Shown here in pieces: positions 1 through 10,813 of a stretch of DNA of 64,000 nt. A program made the position numbers and the translations under genes. Positions within the stretch are counted from its first letter, which is position 1; each line of letters begins with the position of its first letter. The notes under the pieces are model-generated. The model had not been told where the DNA came from, did no database searches, and worked only from the letters and a program-made list of their open reading frames with translations. Location of the stretch: NCBI GenBank assembly GCA_964607485.1, contig CAZSKP010000006.1, positions 97,157-161,156 on the forward strand, written 5' to 3'. The stretch comes from an uncultured bacterium (GTDB taxonomy: Bacteria > Abyssobacteria > SURF-5).

Positions 1-1
1 G

Positions 2-766
2 TACGTATGGCTGCTCGAGACTCTCGACAAGCTGGCGTTCAAGAACGCGGCCCGCGTCGTCTGCGTGACCGACGCAATCAGGGATTTCTACTGCGGGCGC
101 CATCCCGCATATGCGGACAAGTTCCTCACCGTCAACAACGGTGTCAATACGAAGCTTTTTCATCCTCTCCCCGTGGATGAGGAGGTCGCCGAGCTCAGGA
201 AACGGCTGGGATTCGATGAGGGCGAGGAGATCGTCGCGTATGTAGGCAACCTTTCGATTTGGCAGGGAGTCGAATACCTCATCAGGAGTGCTCCAAAAGT
301 CGTGAAGGGCAATCCCGCCGTCAGGTTTATGATTGTGGGCCATGGCCCGACGCTTTCCGCGTGCCGGAAGCTTGCCGACGAGCTGGGCGTCGGCGACAAG
401 TTCAAATTTGTCGGGCAGGCGCCTTATACGTCGCTGGCGTACTACATCAATATCGCCGACGTCTGCGTGGCGCCGTACACGCGCGACATTCCCAATTGCC
501 CAATCAAAGTCTACGAGTACCTCGCCTGCGGGAAACCCGTCGTGTGCTCCGACATCCCCGGAATCGACAACTTGCGTCGAAGCGGAGCCGTCGTTCTGAC
601 CGAGCCGTGCAACCCCGACGCGCTCGCGTCGGCCCTGCTGAGGGTGCTCGCGGACATGCACGCCAGGACCGCCCAAAGAGAGCTGGGCCCGAAGGCGGTG
701 GCGGAATACACGTGGGTGAACACCGCCGGCAAGGTGGCCGCCATCTGCGAAAAAGTGGCGAGCTAG
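2..766 (+). CDS. GT4 (GT-B) glycosyltransferase, 5' end outside the window
   Basis: The frame is open from base 2. Motifs YVGNL..WQGVEYL, PIKVYEYLACGKPVV and YTW are typical of GT4. Confidence 0.9.
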   Translation, partial: YVWLLETLDKLAFKNAARVVCVTDAIRDFYCGRHPAYADKFLTVNNGVNTKLFHPLPVDEEVAELRKRLGFDEGEEIVAYVGNLSIWQGVEYLIRSAPKVVKGNPAVRFMIVGHGPTLSACRKLADELGVGDKFKFVGQAPYTSLAYYINIADVCVAPYTRDIPNCPIKVYEYLACGKPVVCSDIPGIDNLRRSGAVVLTEPCNPDALASALLRVLADMHARTAQRELGPKAVAEYTWVNTAGKVAAICEKVAS

Positions 767-848
767 CCGCTCATGCGTTTCTATGCTTGGGACGCTCGCG
801 CCTCTTGCCGCTGTCTGAGAAAACGATAACGTGCAAACATAATTGCCC

Positions 849-3026
849 ATGGTAACCAGGTCAGACCGTCTGCGTTCGCTTCCATCCGCTCTCGACACGG
901 GTGAAAACCGCCGGTTCTGCGTGACTCTGGCGGCAGCAATTCTGATCCTGTGCGTCATGGCGCTGCCGCTATTTCGCGGGCTTGTCTATACGTTCAACGA
1001 CCTCGGAGACTACCACCTTCCGATTCGCTTCTTCTACGCGCAGAGCCTGGCAGCCGGCGAGAGCTTCATCTGGCTGCCGAATATTTTCTGCGGTTTTTAT
1101 ATCCACGGCGAAGGCCAGGCGGGCATGCTTCATCCACTTCATCTCATCCTCTACCGAGTGCTGCCGCTCGATACCGCATTCAACATTGACTTGTTGTTCA
1201 GCTATCCGTTCATGCTGGCGGGCATGTTCCTTTTCTTGCGGCGCTGGAACATTCGCCGTGACGCGTCTATGTTTGGAGCGCTCGTGTTCGCGTTTTCCGG
1301 ATTCGATCTCCTCCATTTCATACATATGAACTTGGTGGCTGTGGCCGCGCATATTCCGTGGCTCCTATTGGCCGTCGATGTTGCCGTGCGTGGTCGCAGC
1401 GCCAGGAGCGAGGCCTTAGGCGGTTTGGGCGTAGTGTTGCTTACGGCATCCCAGCTCCTCCTCGGTTTTCCGCAGTTCGTCTTTTTCTCACTGTTGCTCG
1501 AAATCTTGTACGCCGCGTTTCTTGCAGCATCATTGAAAAGAGTCCGGCGGCTGCTGCCACTGGGTGGGGCAATAATATTGGGTCTGCTTGCGGGTTCCGT
1601 TCAGATATTTCCTACCTTGGATGTTTTGTCTGCTTCGGTTCGTGAGACTCCGCAGCCGGACTTTCTCTACTGGCGCTCTTTGCACCCCATTAACCTCGTA
1701 CAGTTGGTGGGGCCGTATTTTTTCCGAGGCCGAGTGTTCGGCGACAACACTCACGAACTGGGAATATATAACGGGGCAATTACGTTGGTGTTGCTCATTG
1801 TGCTTGTGCTCCGGAGGAAGGAATGGGGCTCGATGCGACAACTGACCGCGGGCGCCCTTGGGTTGGGGGCTGTGGCCTTCGTTCTTGCTTTGGGGAAATA
1901 TGGTTATCTGTATCGGCTGCAAACGCTGCTGCCGCTCGTCGGACTGTTTCGAGGGCCTGTCCGTTACATCTTCGTGTTTCACTTCGCTATGGCGATTTGC
2001 GCTGCGATTGCCTTCAGCGAGCTTTCGGCTCTTGTCCAGAAGCGGGAGCGACTCGCGTGGCGCAAGCTCTGGCCGCTGGGGCTGGTGCCGATTGCGAGCA
2101 TACTGCCGGTCATCTTCCTGTTTTGGGCCGATGGGCATCTCGACCCCGCGACGGCGCAGAAGATTTTTCGGTACATCGCACCGCAAAATCTGGTGCTCGT
2201 AGGTCCGGTGCTTCTGACTCTGGCGACCGTAATCGTCGTCGCCGCATCGCGGGGGAGCCGGGTTGCCCTGGTGGGAGTAATATTGTTTGCCGCTGCCGAT
2301 TTGGGCGCTTACGGGCTGACCTACATCTGGAGCAGTCCGCCGGCCGACATCGCGTCTTTTAAAGATTCCCTGTTGATGCCTCCCGAGGTGTCCGGGCACC
2401 GGATTCAATCCGCAGACGACGCGTTGATCATGAAGGGAGCCAGCCTTGCCAGCGGGTACGTCGCCCTGGAGCCAAAGCACAAGCTCGACGACGAAAGCAG
2501 AGGGCGTCTGCGACTGGCGGACGTGAGCTGGGTTTGGGCCAAGCGCGGCGAGCCGTTGTATGGAAAAATTTACGGTTGGCAAGTTCCCGATCCCTTGCCG
2601 CGGGCCAGGCTCGTGTCGAGGACGGTTGTGAGCTCCGACCCCGGCAGAGATATCGACACCATCGATATAGATACGACCGCGCTCGTCTCGGAAGAACTCG
2701 GCCTGCCGGGAGGGCAGCCGGGCAGCGCGACCATCGTGAGCGACCGCCCGGGCGAAATCAGCGTGACCACCGACGCCGAATCCAGGCAGTTTCTGGTCCT
2801 GTCGGAGAGCTATCACGATGGCTGGCGGGCGAGCGTTGACGGCAGGGAGACCCCGGTGGTACGGGCGTACGGCGATTTCATGGGCTGTGTCGTGGATGCC
2901 GGCACGCACAAAGTAGAGTTTTCGTTTCGTCCGAAGAGCCTCCGAGTGGGCGCATGGTTCTCCGCGCTCGGGCTGGGGCTCACGCTTGTCTTCTTTCTTG
3001 TCTTGTTACATCCTCGGGAGGGATAA
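849..3026 (+). CDS. YfhO-like polytopic membrane protein (GT-C-type glycosyltransferase)
   Basis: About 13 hydrophobic segments, an N-terminal loop DL..YHLP...W.PNIFCGF....EGQ, and a C-terminal LVLSESYHDGWRASVDG...V.AG.HKVEFSFRP YfhO-type signature. ATG at 849; alternative TTG at 843. Confidence 0.75.
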   Translation: MVTRSDRLRSLPSALDTGENRRFCVTLAAAILILCVMALPLFRGLVYTFNDLGDYHLPIRFFYAQSLAAGESFIWLPNIFCGFYIHGEGQAGMLHPLHLILYRVLPLDTAFNIDLLFSYPFMLAGMFLFLRRWNIRRDASMFGALVFAFSGFDLLHFIHMNLVAVAAHIPWLLLAVDVAVRGRSARSEALGGLGVVLLTASQLLLGFPQFVFFSLLLEILYAAFLAASLKRVRRLLPLGGAIILGLLAGSVQIFPTLDVLSASVRETPQPDFLYWRSLHPINLVQLVGPYFFRGRVFGDNTHELGIYNGAITLVLLIVLVLRRKEWGSMRQLTAGALGLGAVAFVLALGKYGYLYRLQTLLPLVGLFRGPVRYIFVFHFAMAICAAIAFSELSALVQKRERLAWRKLWPLGLVPIASILPVIFLFWADGHLDPATAQKIFRYIAPQNLVLVGPVLLTLATVIVVAASRGSRVALVGVILFAAADLGAYGLTYIWSSPPADIASFKDSLLMPPEVSGHRIQSADDALIMKGASLASGYVALEPKHKLDDESRGRLRLADVSWVWAKRGEPLYGKIYGWQVPDPLPRARLVSRTVVSSDPGRDIDTIDIDTTALVSEELGLPGGQPGSATIVSDRPGEISVTTDAESRQFLVLSESYHDGWRASVDGRETPVVRAYGDFMGCVVDAGTHKVEFSFRPKSLRVGAWFSALGLGLTLVFFLVLLHPREG

Positions 3027-3061
3027 TCCCAATCTGAACTCTTTCACTACCACAGGTCTTC

Positions 3062-3091
3062 TTGACACACCTCGGCTGTTCCAAATATGAT
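3062..3091 (+). promoter_or_regulatory. Putative sigma70 promoter (TTGACA-N18-TATGAT)
   Basis: Near-consensus hexamers 42 nt upstream of the ATG at 3134. Confidence 0.5.
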
Positions 3092-3133
3092 TTATGTTTG
3101 TGAATCAAGGGCACAAGGGAAATTCACATACCG

Positions 3134-4135
3134 ATGCCGCGAAAGAACATTTCTATTGGATTTTTCGATCCCGTCGGCGAGATGACCGGGGGGAGGGCGT
3201 ACCGGGAGGCCGTGCGCGAGGCCTTGGGCAAGAGATACGACGTTGAGGTGTTCACCGCCACCGGTGAGGCCGGAATAATCCCTTCGGTCAGGCTCCGGCG
3301 AATGGCCGAAATAGCGAGAGTAAAGGCACCCAAAGGCGTTTGGATTCGAGATTTCTATCCCGTCGTCGGCATGAGCATTCGACGGAATCCGGGAAAGAAC
3401 ATAGCCCTTTTTCTCCACATGTACACCGAAGGCGAGCAATCCGACATCTTGGGGCGGCTGTTCACGAGCCTGTTCTTCCGCAACATCAGGAAATGCGAGC
3501 GCGTCGTCACAATCGCGAATTTCTGGAAGGACTATCTCACGCGACTCGGCATAGGGAATGTCCGGGTGATACTAAACGCAATTGACCCGGCAGAATTCAC
3601 CTTCCAGCCCGATGAGATCGAAGCGTTCAAAAGAAAATATTCTCTGACCGACGCCGCCGTGGTTTATATCGGCAACTGCCGCAGGAATAAGGGGGTTGTC
3701 GAAGCGTATGACGCGCTTAAGGACCGGGGGTATCATCTGGTGACAAGCGGCGAGCCCGACGTTCGGCTTCCGTGCCCGAACTTCAACTTACCATATCGCG
3801 AATATCTCCTCCTGCTCAAGGCGTCATCGGTGGTGGTCACGCTGTCGAAGTTTCGAGAAGGCTGGTGCAGAACCGCTCACGAGGCGATGCTCTGCAAGAC
3901 CCCCGTCGTGGGGTCGGGCGCGGGCGGAATGGCCGAGCTGCTTGAAGGTGGAGGGCAGTTCATATGCCGGGACGTCTCCGAGCTTCCGCATATGGTCGAG
4001 ACCGCCATGAGCCGGAGCGAGGCGGTGGGGGAGGAGGGGTACAAGTTCGCGAGCGCTTTGACGGTGGAGCGGTTTGAAAGAGAATGGTCGGAGCTGATAG
4101 AGGAGGTGGTGCACGACGATTCTCGGCCCCGGTAA
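3134..4135 (+). CDS. GT4 family glycosyltransferase
   Basis: EGWCRTAHEAMLCKTPVV (EX7E motif) and KGV motif of the GT-B nucleotide-sugar domain. Confidence 0.85.
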   Translation: MPRKNISIGFFDPVGEMTGGRAYREAVREALGKRYDVEVFTATGEAGIIPSVRLRRMAEIARVKAPKGVWIRDFYPVVGMSIRRNPGKNIALFLHMYTEGEQSDILGRLFTSLFFRNIRKCERVVTIANFWKDYLTRLGIGNVRVILNAIDPAEFTFQPDEIEAFKRKYSLTDAAVVYIGNCRRNKGVVEAYDALKDRGYHLVTSGEPDVRLPCPNFNLPYREYLLLLKASSVVVTLSKFREGWCRTAHEAMLCKTPVVGSGAGGMAELLEGGGQFICRDVSELPHMVETAMSRSEAVGEEGYKFASALTVERFEREWSELIEEVVHDDSRPR

Positions 4136-4166
4136 GCCCACAGGCGAGACGGAACAGCGGTCGGCG

Positions 4167-5627
4167 ATGCGGGCGCCGTTTTCCCGGATTCTCGAAAGGC
4201 TATCCGTTCCCGACGACATCGTCCGCCTCTCCACGGATACCGTTTACTACGGCGTCGGCAAGGGAGCCGAGGCGCTGGCGGCTCTCGTTCTGATTCCCGT
4301 GCTCACGCGCGCCTTTTCCCCCGCCCAGTTCGGCCTGTGGGACGTCACCATGACGTTCTTCCTGCTCACGACGACCGTGGCATCTCTGGCGCTGGAGCCG
4401 GCGCTTGCCGCGTTCTACTTCGAGACGCAGCAAGGCGAACAAAGAAGACTCGTCGCCTCGACGTCTGTCCATTTCCGGCTTGTTTCGTCTGTCCTTGTCG
4501 CAATCCCGGTCTTTGCGCTTGCGCCCCACATTTCGCGGATTATATTCGACACGCCCGAACACGCCTCGTATTTTCGGATTGTGGCGGCTGCCATCCCATT
4601 CTTTCTCATGGTCAACGTATTCAAGCAGATCCTTCGCATCGACTTCGCCCCGGGGAAATTCAACGTCGTCGCGGTGGGCCACGCGTGCCTTTACGCGGCG
4701 CTGGGCATTTTTCTCGTAACGACGATGCAGATGGGAGTGACGGGAATTTTGCTCGGCATGCTCGGGGCGGCAGTTTGTTTTTCGTTGGTCGGCGGGGCGC
4801 TGGCTTCGCGGCTGGTTTCCTTTGAGTTCTCGGGCCGGGAGCTCAAGAATATGCTCGCCTTCGGCCTTCCATTGCTGCCCTCCCTGTTGGCGTACTGGGT
4901 GATCGATTTTTCGGACCGATACTTTCTGACGAAGCTCAGCACGCTCGAGCAGGTGGGCATCTATTCGGTGGGCGCCAGGATAAGCTCGATAATTATCCTG
5001 TTCGTCACCTCGTTCCAGATGGCATGGGCTCCGGTGGCACTGAGCTTTCAGCACCGGCCGGACGCGAAGGAACGATATTCCCGCGGCCTTTTCTTCTTCC
5101 TTGTCGTCGCCCTCACGGCAGCCACCGCCATCGTCGTCTTCGCCAGGCCTATCCTCATCGTTTTAACTCAGCCGAAATATTATGGGGCGGAGAAGGTGGT
5201 CGGCCTGCTTGTGCTGGCGACCGTCGCTTTTGGCGCGTTCCTCATCATAAACATCGGCCTAATACTCACGAAGAAGACCTCGCTCACCAGCATTGCCATC
5301 GCGGTAGGAGCTGTCATCAACCTCGCGCTGAACTATCTGCTCATTCCCCGGTTCCAGATGATGGGCGCCGCGGTCGCAACGCTGGTTTCGTATTCTGTGG
5401 CTGTGGCGCTCCTGTACCGGTTCGCCCAAAGACACTATCCGATAGACTACGGAATTCCGCGGATAGCCAAGCTCGCGTTGCTGGCGGTTGGCGTGATGGC
5501 AGTCGCGACGGTAATTACTTTTGAGAAGTCGGTGTTCATGGATTCGCTGTTCGGCGTTGTGCTCATGGCGGTATTCCTGTTTTTGCTCATCCGCTATTTC
5601 TTACGCGACCGGATAAGGACCGAATGA
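4167..5627 (+). CDS. Oligosaccharide flippase (Wzx/MOP superfamily)
   Basis: About 14 TM segments; motifs LIPVLTR.FSP.QFG, FGLPL, SDRYFL and VGIYS. Confidence 0.85.
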   Translation: MRAPFSRILERLSVPDDIVRLSTDTVYYGVGKGAEALAALVLIPVLTRAFSPAQFGLWDVTMTFFLLTTTVASLALEPALAAFYFETQQGEQRRLVASTSVHFRLVSSVLVAIPVFALAPHISRIIFDTPEHASYFRIVAAAIPFFLMVNVFKQILRIDFAPGKFNVVAVGHACLYAALGIFLVTTMQMGVTGILLGMLGAAVCFSLVGGALASRLVSFEFSGRELKNMLAFGLPLLPSLLAYWVIDFSDRYFLTKLSTLEQVGIYSVGARISSIIILFVTSFQMAWAPVALSFQHRPDAKERYSRGLFFFLVVALTAATAIVVFARPILIVLTQPKYYGAEKVVGLLVLATVAFGAFLIINIGLILTKKTSLTSIAIAVGAVINLALNYLLIPRFQMMGAAVATLVSYSVAVALLYRFAQRHYPIDYGIPRIAKLALLAVGVMAVATVITFEKSVFMDSLFGVVLMAVFLFLLIRYFLRDRIRTE

Positions 5628-7492
5628 TGGAATCGATGGACGACACGCGCGACGGAACGAGGCCCGGGCGGAACTCTATGTTTGCGGCCGGCCTGTTGCT
5701 ATGTTTCCTGGCAGCGCTCGTCTTCGCCAACTCGTTCAAGAACGATTTTGTCGGATATGACGACCAGAACCTCATAGTGAATAATCCCGCGATTCGCAGC
5801 CTGTCGCCTGACAATGTCGCTCAGATGTTTGTACCGAAGCTCAGGGGCAACTACCAGCCGATTCGCACGCTGTCGTATGCCATCGATTACGCCATCTGGG
5901 GAGCGCGCCCTCTGGGCTTTCATCTGACGAACATTGTTCTCCATGCGTTGACCGTGGTCTGCGTCTGGCTTCTGCTTCGTGGCCTGTTGTCTGAGCCGGT
6001 TGCCCTGCTCGCGGCAATGCTCTTTGCGGTGCACCCTATCCACGTGGAGAGCGTGACGTGGATGTCGGCCCGGAAGGATCTTCTGTCGCTGGCCTTCTTC
6101 TTGTTGGCGATTCTGTGGTACGAAAAGTCGGAGTCGAGCGGAAAGGTCGTTCCATACGTGGGCTCAATCATCGCGACCGCGCTCGCGCTGCTTTCCAAGC
6201 TGACGGCCGTATCGCTGCCGTTCTGCATCTTGCTGCTGGAATTCTGTCGGCATGGTCGGCCGGGAGCGGCCGAACTGGGGCGAAAGCTGGTTCGCCTGTT
6301 GCCGCATTTTCTCCTGGTATGCCTGGTCGTGGGGCTGAACTTTCTCCGCGTCGGGACGATGCCCACGCATGGCGACGCGTTGGTCGGGCTTGAACAAGCT
6401 GGACACCCGTTCGTTCGCGACGTGTGGCTGAGCATGCCGATGGTTGTCTGCCGGTATATCGGTCTGCTGCTCGTCCCCTGCCGTTTGAGCACGCATTACG
6501 ACGTGACCCGGCTCACGGACTTGGCCGATGCTCGGGTGCTCGTTCCTTCGGCATTTCTCGCAGCGGTCGTTCTCATTGGAGTTGTTGCTTTCTTTCGCGG
6601 CCGCATGGCGCTCGCATTTTGCATCGGATGGTTTGTCATCACGTTTCTGCCCACGTCCAATCTGGTTCCGACGGCCGCAATGATGACCGACCGGTATATG
6701 CACATCCCCTCCATCGGATTTGCCGCCCTTCTCGCCATGGCTTTGACGTATCCCATCAAGAAAATGTCCGGCGCCACAAATCCGACCGTCCGCCTGCTTG
6801 CGCTGGCGCCGGCCCTAATCGTCATGTTGCTGTTTTCAGTGCTGACGGTCCGGCGCAACACCGATTGGCGCGACACGACCTCGTTGTTCTCCCGAACGCT
6901 GCTCGTTAATCCAAGGAGCGTCGATGCCAGGCTGGCTATCGGCGCGATGTACGACAGGGCGGGCGATTACAACGCCGCCATCGAGATGTATCGGAGCGCG
7001 CTCGACATCGTCCCCGGCCATTATCGCGTTCTCTACGATTTGGGTGTGTCGTACATGAAGAAGGGCTGGCTCCATCAGGCCATTGAGGCCCTCGAGGAAT
7101 CCCGCGCGGCGAATCCGGATTTTCTGGCGACGCATTTCAACCTTGCGCTTTCCTATCACGAACAGGGACGGTACGATGATGCGATTGCCGAGCACAGGGA
7201 AGTTTTGAGGATCAACCCCCGTTATGCCGCATCGCACGGCGATCTCGGCCGCATTTACATCGAGATGGGTGAGCCGGAACTGGCGCTGAAGGAGCTGAAT
7301 CGTGCTCTCACTATCCAGCCCGACCTGGCGCCCGCCCTCATCGACAGGGCCGGCCTGTTGATACGTGAGGGCCGTTACGAAGACGCCGAGCAGGACATAC
7401 GAAAGCTCGCGTCGCTCGGCGTCGATACGAGCGAATTGCGGGAAAAGCTGGTTACGGCCCGGAAAGCGAAACAGGAATCCCCTTCCGATTGA
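5624..7492 (+). CDS. TMTC-like GT-C membrane glycosyltransferase with C-terminal TPRs
   Basis: Motifs FVGYDD, YQP.RTLSY, HLTNIVLH, FAVHPIHVESVTWMSARKD and DRYMHIPS, followed by about 5 TPR repeats. Confidence 0.8.
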   Translation: MMESMDDTRDGTRPGRNSMFAAGLLLCFLAALVFANSFKNDFVGYDDQNLIVNNPAIRSLSPDNVAQMFVPKLRGNYQPIRTLSYAIDYAIWGARPLGFHLTNIVLHALTVVCVWLLLRGLLSEPVALLAAMLFAVHPIHVESVTWMSARKDLLSLAFFLLAILWYEKSESSGKVVPYVGSIIATALALLSKLTAVSLPFCILLLEFCRHGRPGAAELGRKLVRLLPHFLLVCLVVGLNFLRVGTMPTHGDALVGLEQAGHPFVRDVWLSMPMVVCRYIGLLLVPCRLSTHYDVTRLTDLADARVLVPSAFLAAVVLIGVVAFFRGRMALAFCIGWFVITFLPTSNLVPTAAMMTDRYMHIPSIGFAALLAMALTYPIKKMSGATNPTVRLLALAPALIVMLLFSVLTVRRNTDWRDTTSLFSRTLLVNPRSVDARLAIGAMYDRAGDYNAAIEMYRSALDIVPGHYRVLYDLGVSYMKKGWLHQAIEALEESRAANPDFLATHFNLALSYHEQGRYDDAIAEHREVLRINPRYAASHGDLGRIYIEMGEPELALKELNRALTIQPDLAPALIDRAGLLIREGRYEDAEQDIRKLASLGVDTSELREKLVTARKAKQESPSD

Positions 7493-7509
7493 CCGGTACG
7501 CTCGGAGGG

Positions 7510-9165
7510 TCAGTCGAGCGAGTACAGATCTCTTAGAACGGTTTTCAGTTCCTCCGGAGAGGAAGGCGCGAGGACGCCCCCCGTATAAACGAGGAAAGGC
7601 GAGACGCCGTATCTGTCCCAATCGAGCAGGTATCGGGAATCTTTTCGGAGGATCCCGAGGTCGATAAGCCTGCGCCAACGCGCCGCAATTTGGGGGTTCT
7701 GCAGGCTTTCTTCGGAGAGATACACATGGCGGCCCATCGCCGCGATTTTGAAATAGGCCGATTCGGCGTTGGAAAGAGAGCCTTGCGGCACCCTGTCGAG
7801 CGTGACGATTCGTACGGCCTCGATTGAATCGTCTTCATAAGCAAGCCAGAGCGCATAAGTAAGGTTGTCGAATCTGAATACCAACGCGCCCCCAATGGAA
7901 TCGGGCACGTTCAGGAAGAAGAACGTTTTGTTCCGTGGGGGCGTCGGATAAGAGCGTGTCGTTTGTTCGACTACACTGCCGGCAACCTCGGAAGCATATC
8001 TCCATATCTCCTGCCTCTCCTTGAGAAAGAAGCAGCTCGACGTTGCGTACATGACCACAAAAAAAGACGTGAGCGCAATCGATGCTCCGTTCGTCCGACG
8101 GGTTATCCACTCGGCGAATCTGAACAAGACGATAGAGACAAGGAGGGCCGCGCCGACGGAGCCCAGCACCACATGCCTCTCCGATGGCACCAGCCCAAGC
8201 GCCATGACGGGCGCGGCGCTCGCCAGAATCCACCACAGCAGAAACGTGAGCCGGAATCTCTTGAGAGCTACCGGGACCACGGCGACCATGATAATGGCGC
8301 ACGCGGCGAGGATATAGAATACTGTTCCGGCCGCAGCCAGCCTGTCGAACCAATTCAGCGCAAGAGCCCAATCGATTGGAGAAAGAGTCATTATCAGCGA
8401 ATACCAGAGCCCCAGCATCATAATGTGCCAGTCGAAGGAGGTAACGGAAGGCGGCAATTCGGCCTGTCTCATCACCAGGCTTCGAAGCGCGATGAACAGA
8501 ATCCCTATGAGAACGAAAGGCCAGCCGCTTTTCGCCGCGCGCTTCGCCGCCGTGGGCCAGCGCACTTCTCCTCCCAATAGCAGGTCATAGAGAATAAGGA
8601 CAATAGGGAGGACGACCGCCGATTCCTTCGTGAACACAGCCAGGACAAAGAAGATCAGCGAAAGCGCGTAAGCGAAACGTCTGGAGCTTCGACGCCAGAA
8701 AACGAAGAAGATGAGCGATGTTAGAACGAGAATGTTCTCGACAGCTCCGTTCAGGCTTGAAATCCAGAAGATTACCTCGGCATGCACGGTCGACGTCAGG
8801 AAGATGACCGCCGCAGCCAGCGCCATGGACCAACGCTCGCACAGGAGCAGTCCGAGCACATAGACCTGCATACAGAGCAGCGCGTAGCACACCAGGCTCA
8901 CTGCGTGAAATGCCCCGGCCCACAGCCCGAACGATTTCGCCAAGACTTCGAAGAATATCTTGATGCCGGGTCGATAATACACTCCCCACGACGGCTTCAG
9001 GAATTCCGTGAGTCCTTCGCTCAGCGTGTCGGCCGGTCGGTTGAGCGCATGGTAGAGGACGATGTAATCGTCGGAATTGAAACCGTGGCTCACCGTCCTG
9101 CCGAAGAGGATGCAGACGAGAGCGATAAGAGAGAGCACGGCAACGATGTGTCTGTATTTCCCCAC
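7510..9165 (-). CDS. GT-C (TMTC/PMT-like) membrane protein without TPRs
   Basis: Motifs FNSDDY, YYRP, HAEVIFWISS, TKESA and SERH; multiple TM segments. Confidence 0.7.
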   Translation of the reverse strand: MGKYRHIVAVLSLIALVCILFGRTVSHGFNSDDYIVLYHALNRPADTLSEGLTEFLKPSWGVYYRPGIKIFFEVLAKSFGLWAGAFHAVSLVCYALLCMQVYVLGLLLCERWSMALAAAVIFLTSTVHAEVIFWISSLNGAVENILVLTSLIFFVFWRRSSRRFAYALSLIFFVLAVFTKESAVVLPIVLILYDLLLGGEVRWPTAAKRAAKSGWPFVLIGILFIALRSLVMRQAELPPSVTSFDWHIMMLGLWYSLIMTLSPIDWALALNWFDRLAAAGTVFYILAACAIIMVAVVPVALKRFRLTFLLWWILASAAPVMALGLVPSERHVVLGSVGAALLVSIVLFRFAEWITRRTNGASIALTSFFVVMYATSSCFFLKERQEIWRYASEVAGSVVEQTTRSYPTPPRNKTFFFLNVPDSIGGALVFRFDNLTYALWLAYEDDSIEAVRIVTLDRVPQGSLSNAESAYFKIAAMGRHVYLSEESLQNPQIAARWRRLIDLGILRKDSRYLLDWDRYGVSPFLVYTGGVLAPSSPEELKTVLRDLYSLD

Positions 9166-9185
9166 TGATTTTCCCTAAGGTTCAC

Positions 9186-9917
9186 TTACCCCTTCGAGGC
9201 GACCATCAGTATCGAGAGCCCGAACGGCAGGTCGCGTCGGTCGAGCAGCCGGCGTTCCACCCTCATGACTCCGAGCAGGACCCGGTTGAGCAGCTTCAGG
9301 TTCTCATAATACCTGATGCGGTATTTTGACGGATCTCTCCTGAACTTTCCAAGGGTCAGCCTCGCTGCCGCGACGGGCGGGAAGAGAAGGGTGTTGAAAT
9401 AGCTCAGGCGCTCAACAATGTAACCGGCGGCCTCCGCCTTACGCGACAGTTCCCGCTTGGAGTATCTCCGCCTGTGATGCAGCGCGACATCGTGCGCGCT
9501 CCACAGCGTCTCGTGAGCGGGAACGCTTGCCAGCAGCCTGCCCCGAGGCGCGGTGACCCTGTGCAGTTCGCCGAGCACCGCCTCGTCGTGCTCGCAGTGC
9601 TCGAGCAAGTCTGCAGCGACGACCAGCTCGAATGCGTCTGACCCGAAGGGGAGCATGCCGGCATCGGCCTGGCACAGTTTGGCTAATCCGACGCTGCGGC
9701 AATGAGTCAGTGCGCCGATGTTGTCGTCTATTCCAAACACGGGGCCGACGCTCGCGAACCTCTTCATCATCAGCCCCGAGCCGCATCCGACGTCGAGGAT
9801 CCGTTTGCCGCGAAGCTCTTCCCGGTATGCGCTGAAAAACAGGAGATCGCGGGTTCCGACAAACCACCAGTGATTTTCGCCGAGCCGAAAAAGCTGGGCG
9901 TACTCTTCAGGATTCAT
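9186..9917 (-). CDS. Class I SAM-dependent methyltransferase
   Basis: Starts MNPEEY..., with HWWF, ILDVGCGSG, DLLEH and H.RRYS motifs. ATG at 9917 overlaps the upstream stop (ATGA). Confidence 0.85.
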   Translation of the reverse strand: MNPEEYAQLFRLGENHWWFVGTRDLLFFSAYREELRGKRILDVGCGSGLMMKRFASVGPVFGIDDNIGALTHCRSVGLAKLCQADAGMLPFGSDAFELVVAADLLEHCEHDEAVLGELHRVTAPRGRLLASVPAHETLWSAHDVALHHRRRYSKRELSRKAEAAGYIVERLSYFNTLLFPPVAAARLTLGKFRRDPSKYRIRYYENLKLLNRVLLGVMRVERRLLDRRDLPFGLSILMVASKG

Positions 9918-10813
9918 TCGACGCTGTCTGTCTTTCTCCCATACACGAGCATTATGTCGAACGGGTTGACATAGACCACGCGGTCGGCGATGCGAAGCAG
10001 CCGAGCCGCTCGGGAGAGCAGGCGTTGCGTCGCCGAGCTGTATTGTCCCGCCCTCTTGATGAAGAATTGCACGTCTATGTATTTGCCGACGTGTGTCAAC
10101 CGAACGGGCTCGAAATGGTACTTGACGAGAAAACGGCGGATGGTGTCGGGTGAGAAATAGTACAGGTGCTCTCCCTGTTTGATGCCCATCCAGCGAGTGC
10201 GCCATATCCGTGCAGGCAGGCTGGAGACATCCGGAGTGGTGAGCGCCAGCAGTCCTCCCTTTTTCAGAAGCCGGTTTGCGTGGACCAGTTCCTTCGCCGG
10301 ACGGGGACAGTGTTCGATGTAGTCCCACATGGTTATCACATCGAAAGCCGCAGGTTCCAGGTGTGCATCGTCCAGCGAGCCGCACAATATGTCGATGCCC
10401 AGATTGCGCCGCGCAAACTCGCAGGCGAATTCGGATATCTCTATTCCCTCCGCCTCCCAGCCCAGTTGCCTGGCGACTTCGAGTGAGAATCCCGTCGCGC
10501 AGCCCACGTCGAGGAGCTTCCCTTTGCCTCCCATCCATTCTTCAATTTCATTCATGCGCTTTTGAAAGGTTTTCGAGATCTTGGCTCGGTCGGCGATGTA
10601 GTCGTCGTATCCCAGCGCGGCGGAATCGGCGCTCCGGAAATAGGCTTCCGAGTACAGCCGCTTCAGCTCTTCCCGGTCGGGAATCTCATCGGCGCGCACC
10701 AGCCCGCAGCCTGTGCATTGGAGTATCCCGAGGTTTGGGTAGAGGTGTCGGGCCGATTGAGAGCCGCAGAGGTCGCATGGAGAAGCGTCAGTCGTTGGCG
10801 GGCGCGGATTCAT
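9914..10813 (-). CDS. Class I SAM-dependent methyltransferase with N-terminal zinc ribbon
   Basis: CDLC...CTGCG, LLDVGCATG, WDYIEH and EHLYYF motifs. Confidence 0.85.
   Translation of the reverse strand: MNPRPPTTDASPCDLCGSQSARHLYPNLGILQCTGCGLVRADEIPDREELKRLYSEAYFRSADSAALGYDDYIADRAKISKTFQKRMNEIEEWMGGKGKLLDVGCATGFSLEVARQLGWEAEGIEISEFACEFARRNLGIDILCGSLDDAHLEPAAFDVITMWDYIEHCPRPAKELVHANRLLKKGGLLALTTPDVSSLPARIWRTRWMGIKQGEHLYYFSPDTIRRFLVKYHFEPVRLTHVGKYIDVQFFIKRAGQYSSATQRLLSRAARLLRIADRVVYVNPFDIMLVYGRKTDSVE

Noticed and set aside
9186-10538. Extended starts in the ORF track (450-aa methyltransferase; also 44196, 44969, 32417, 33652, 23375, 61931, 63289)
   Set aside because: The extensions overlap upstream genes or lack homology; internal ATGs with an SD or stop-start overlap fit better.
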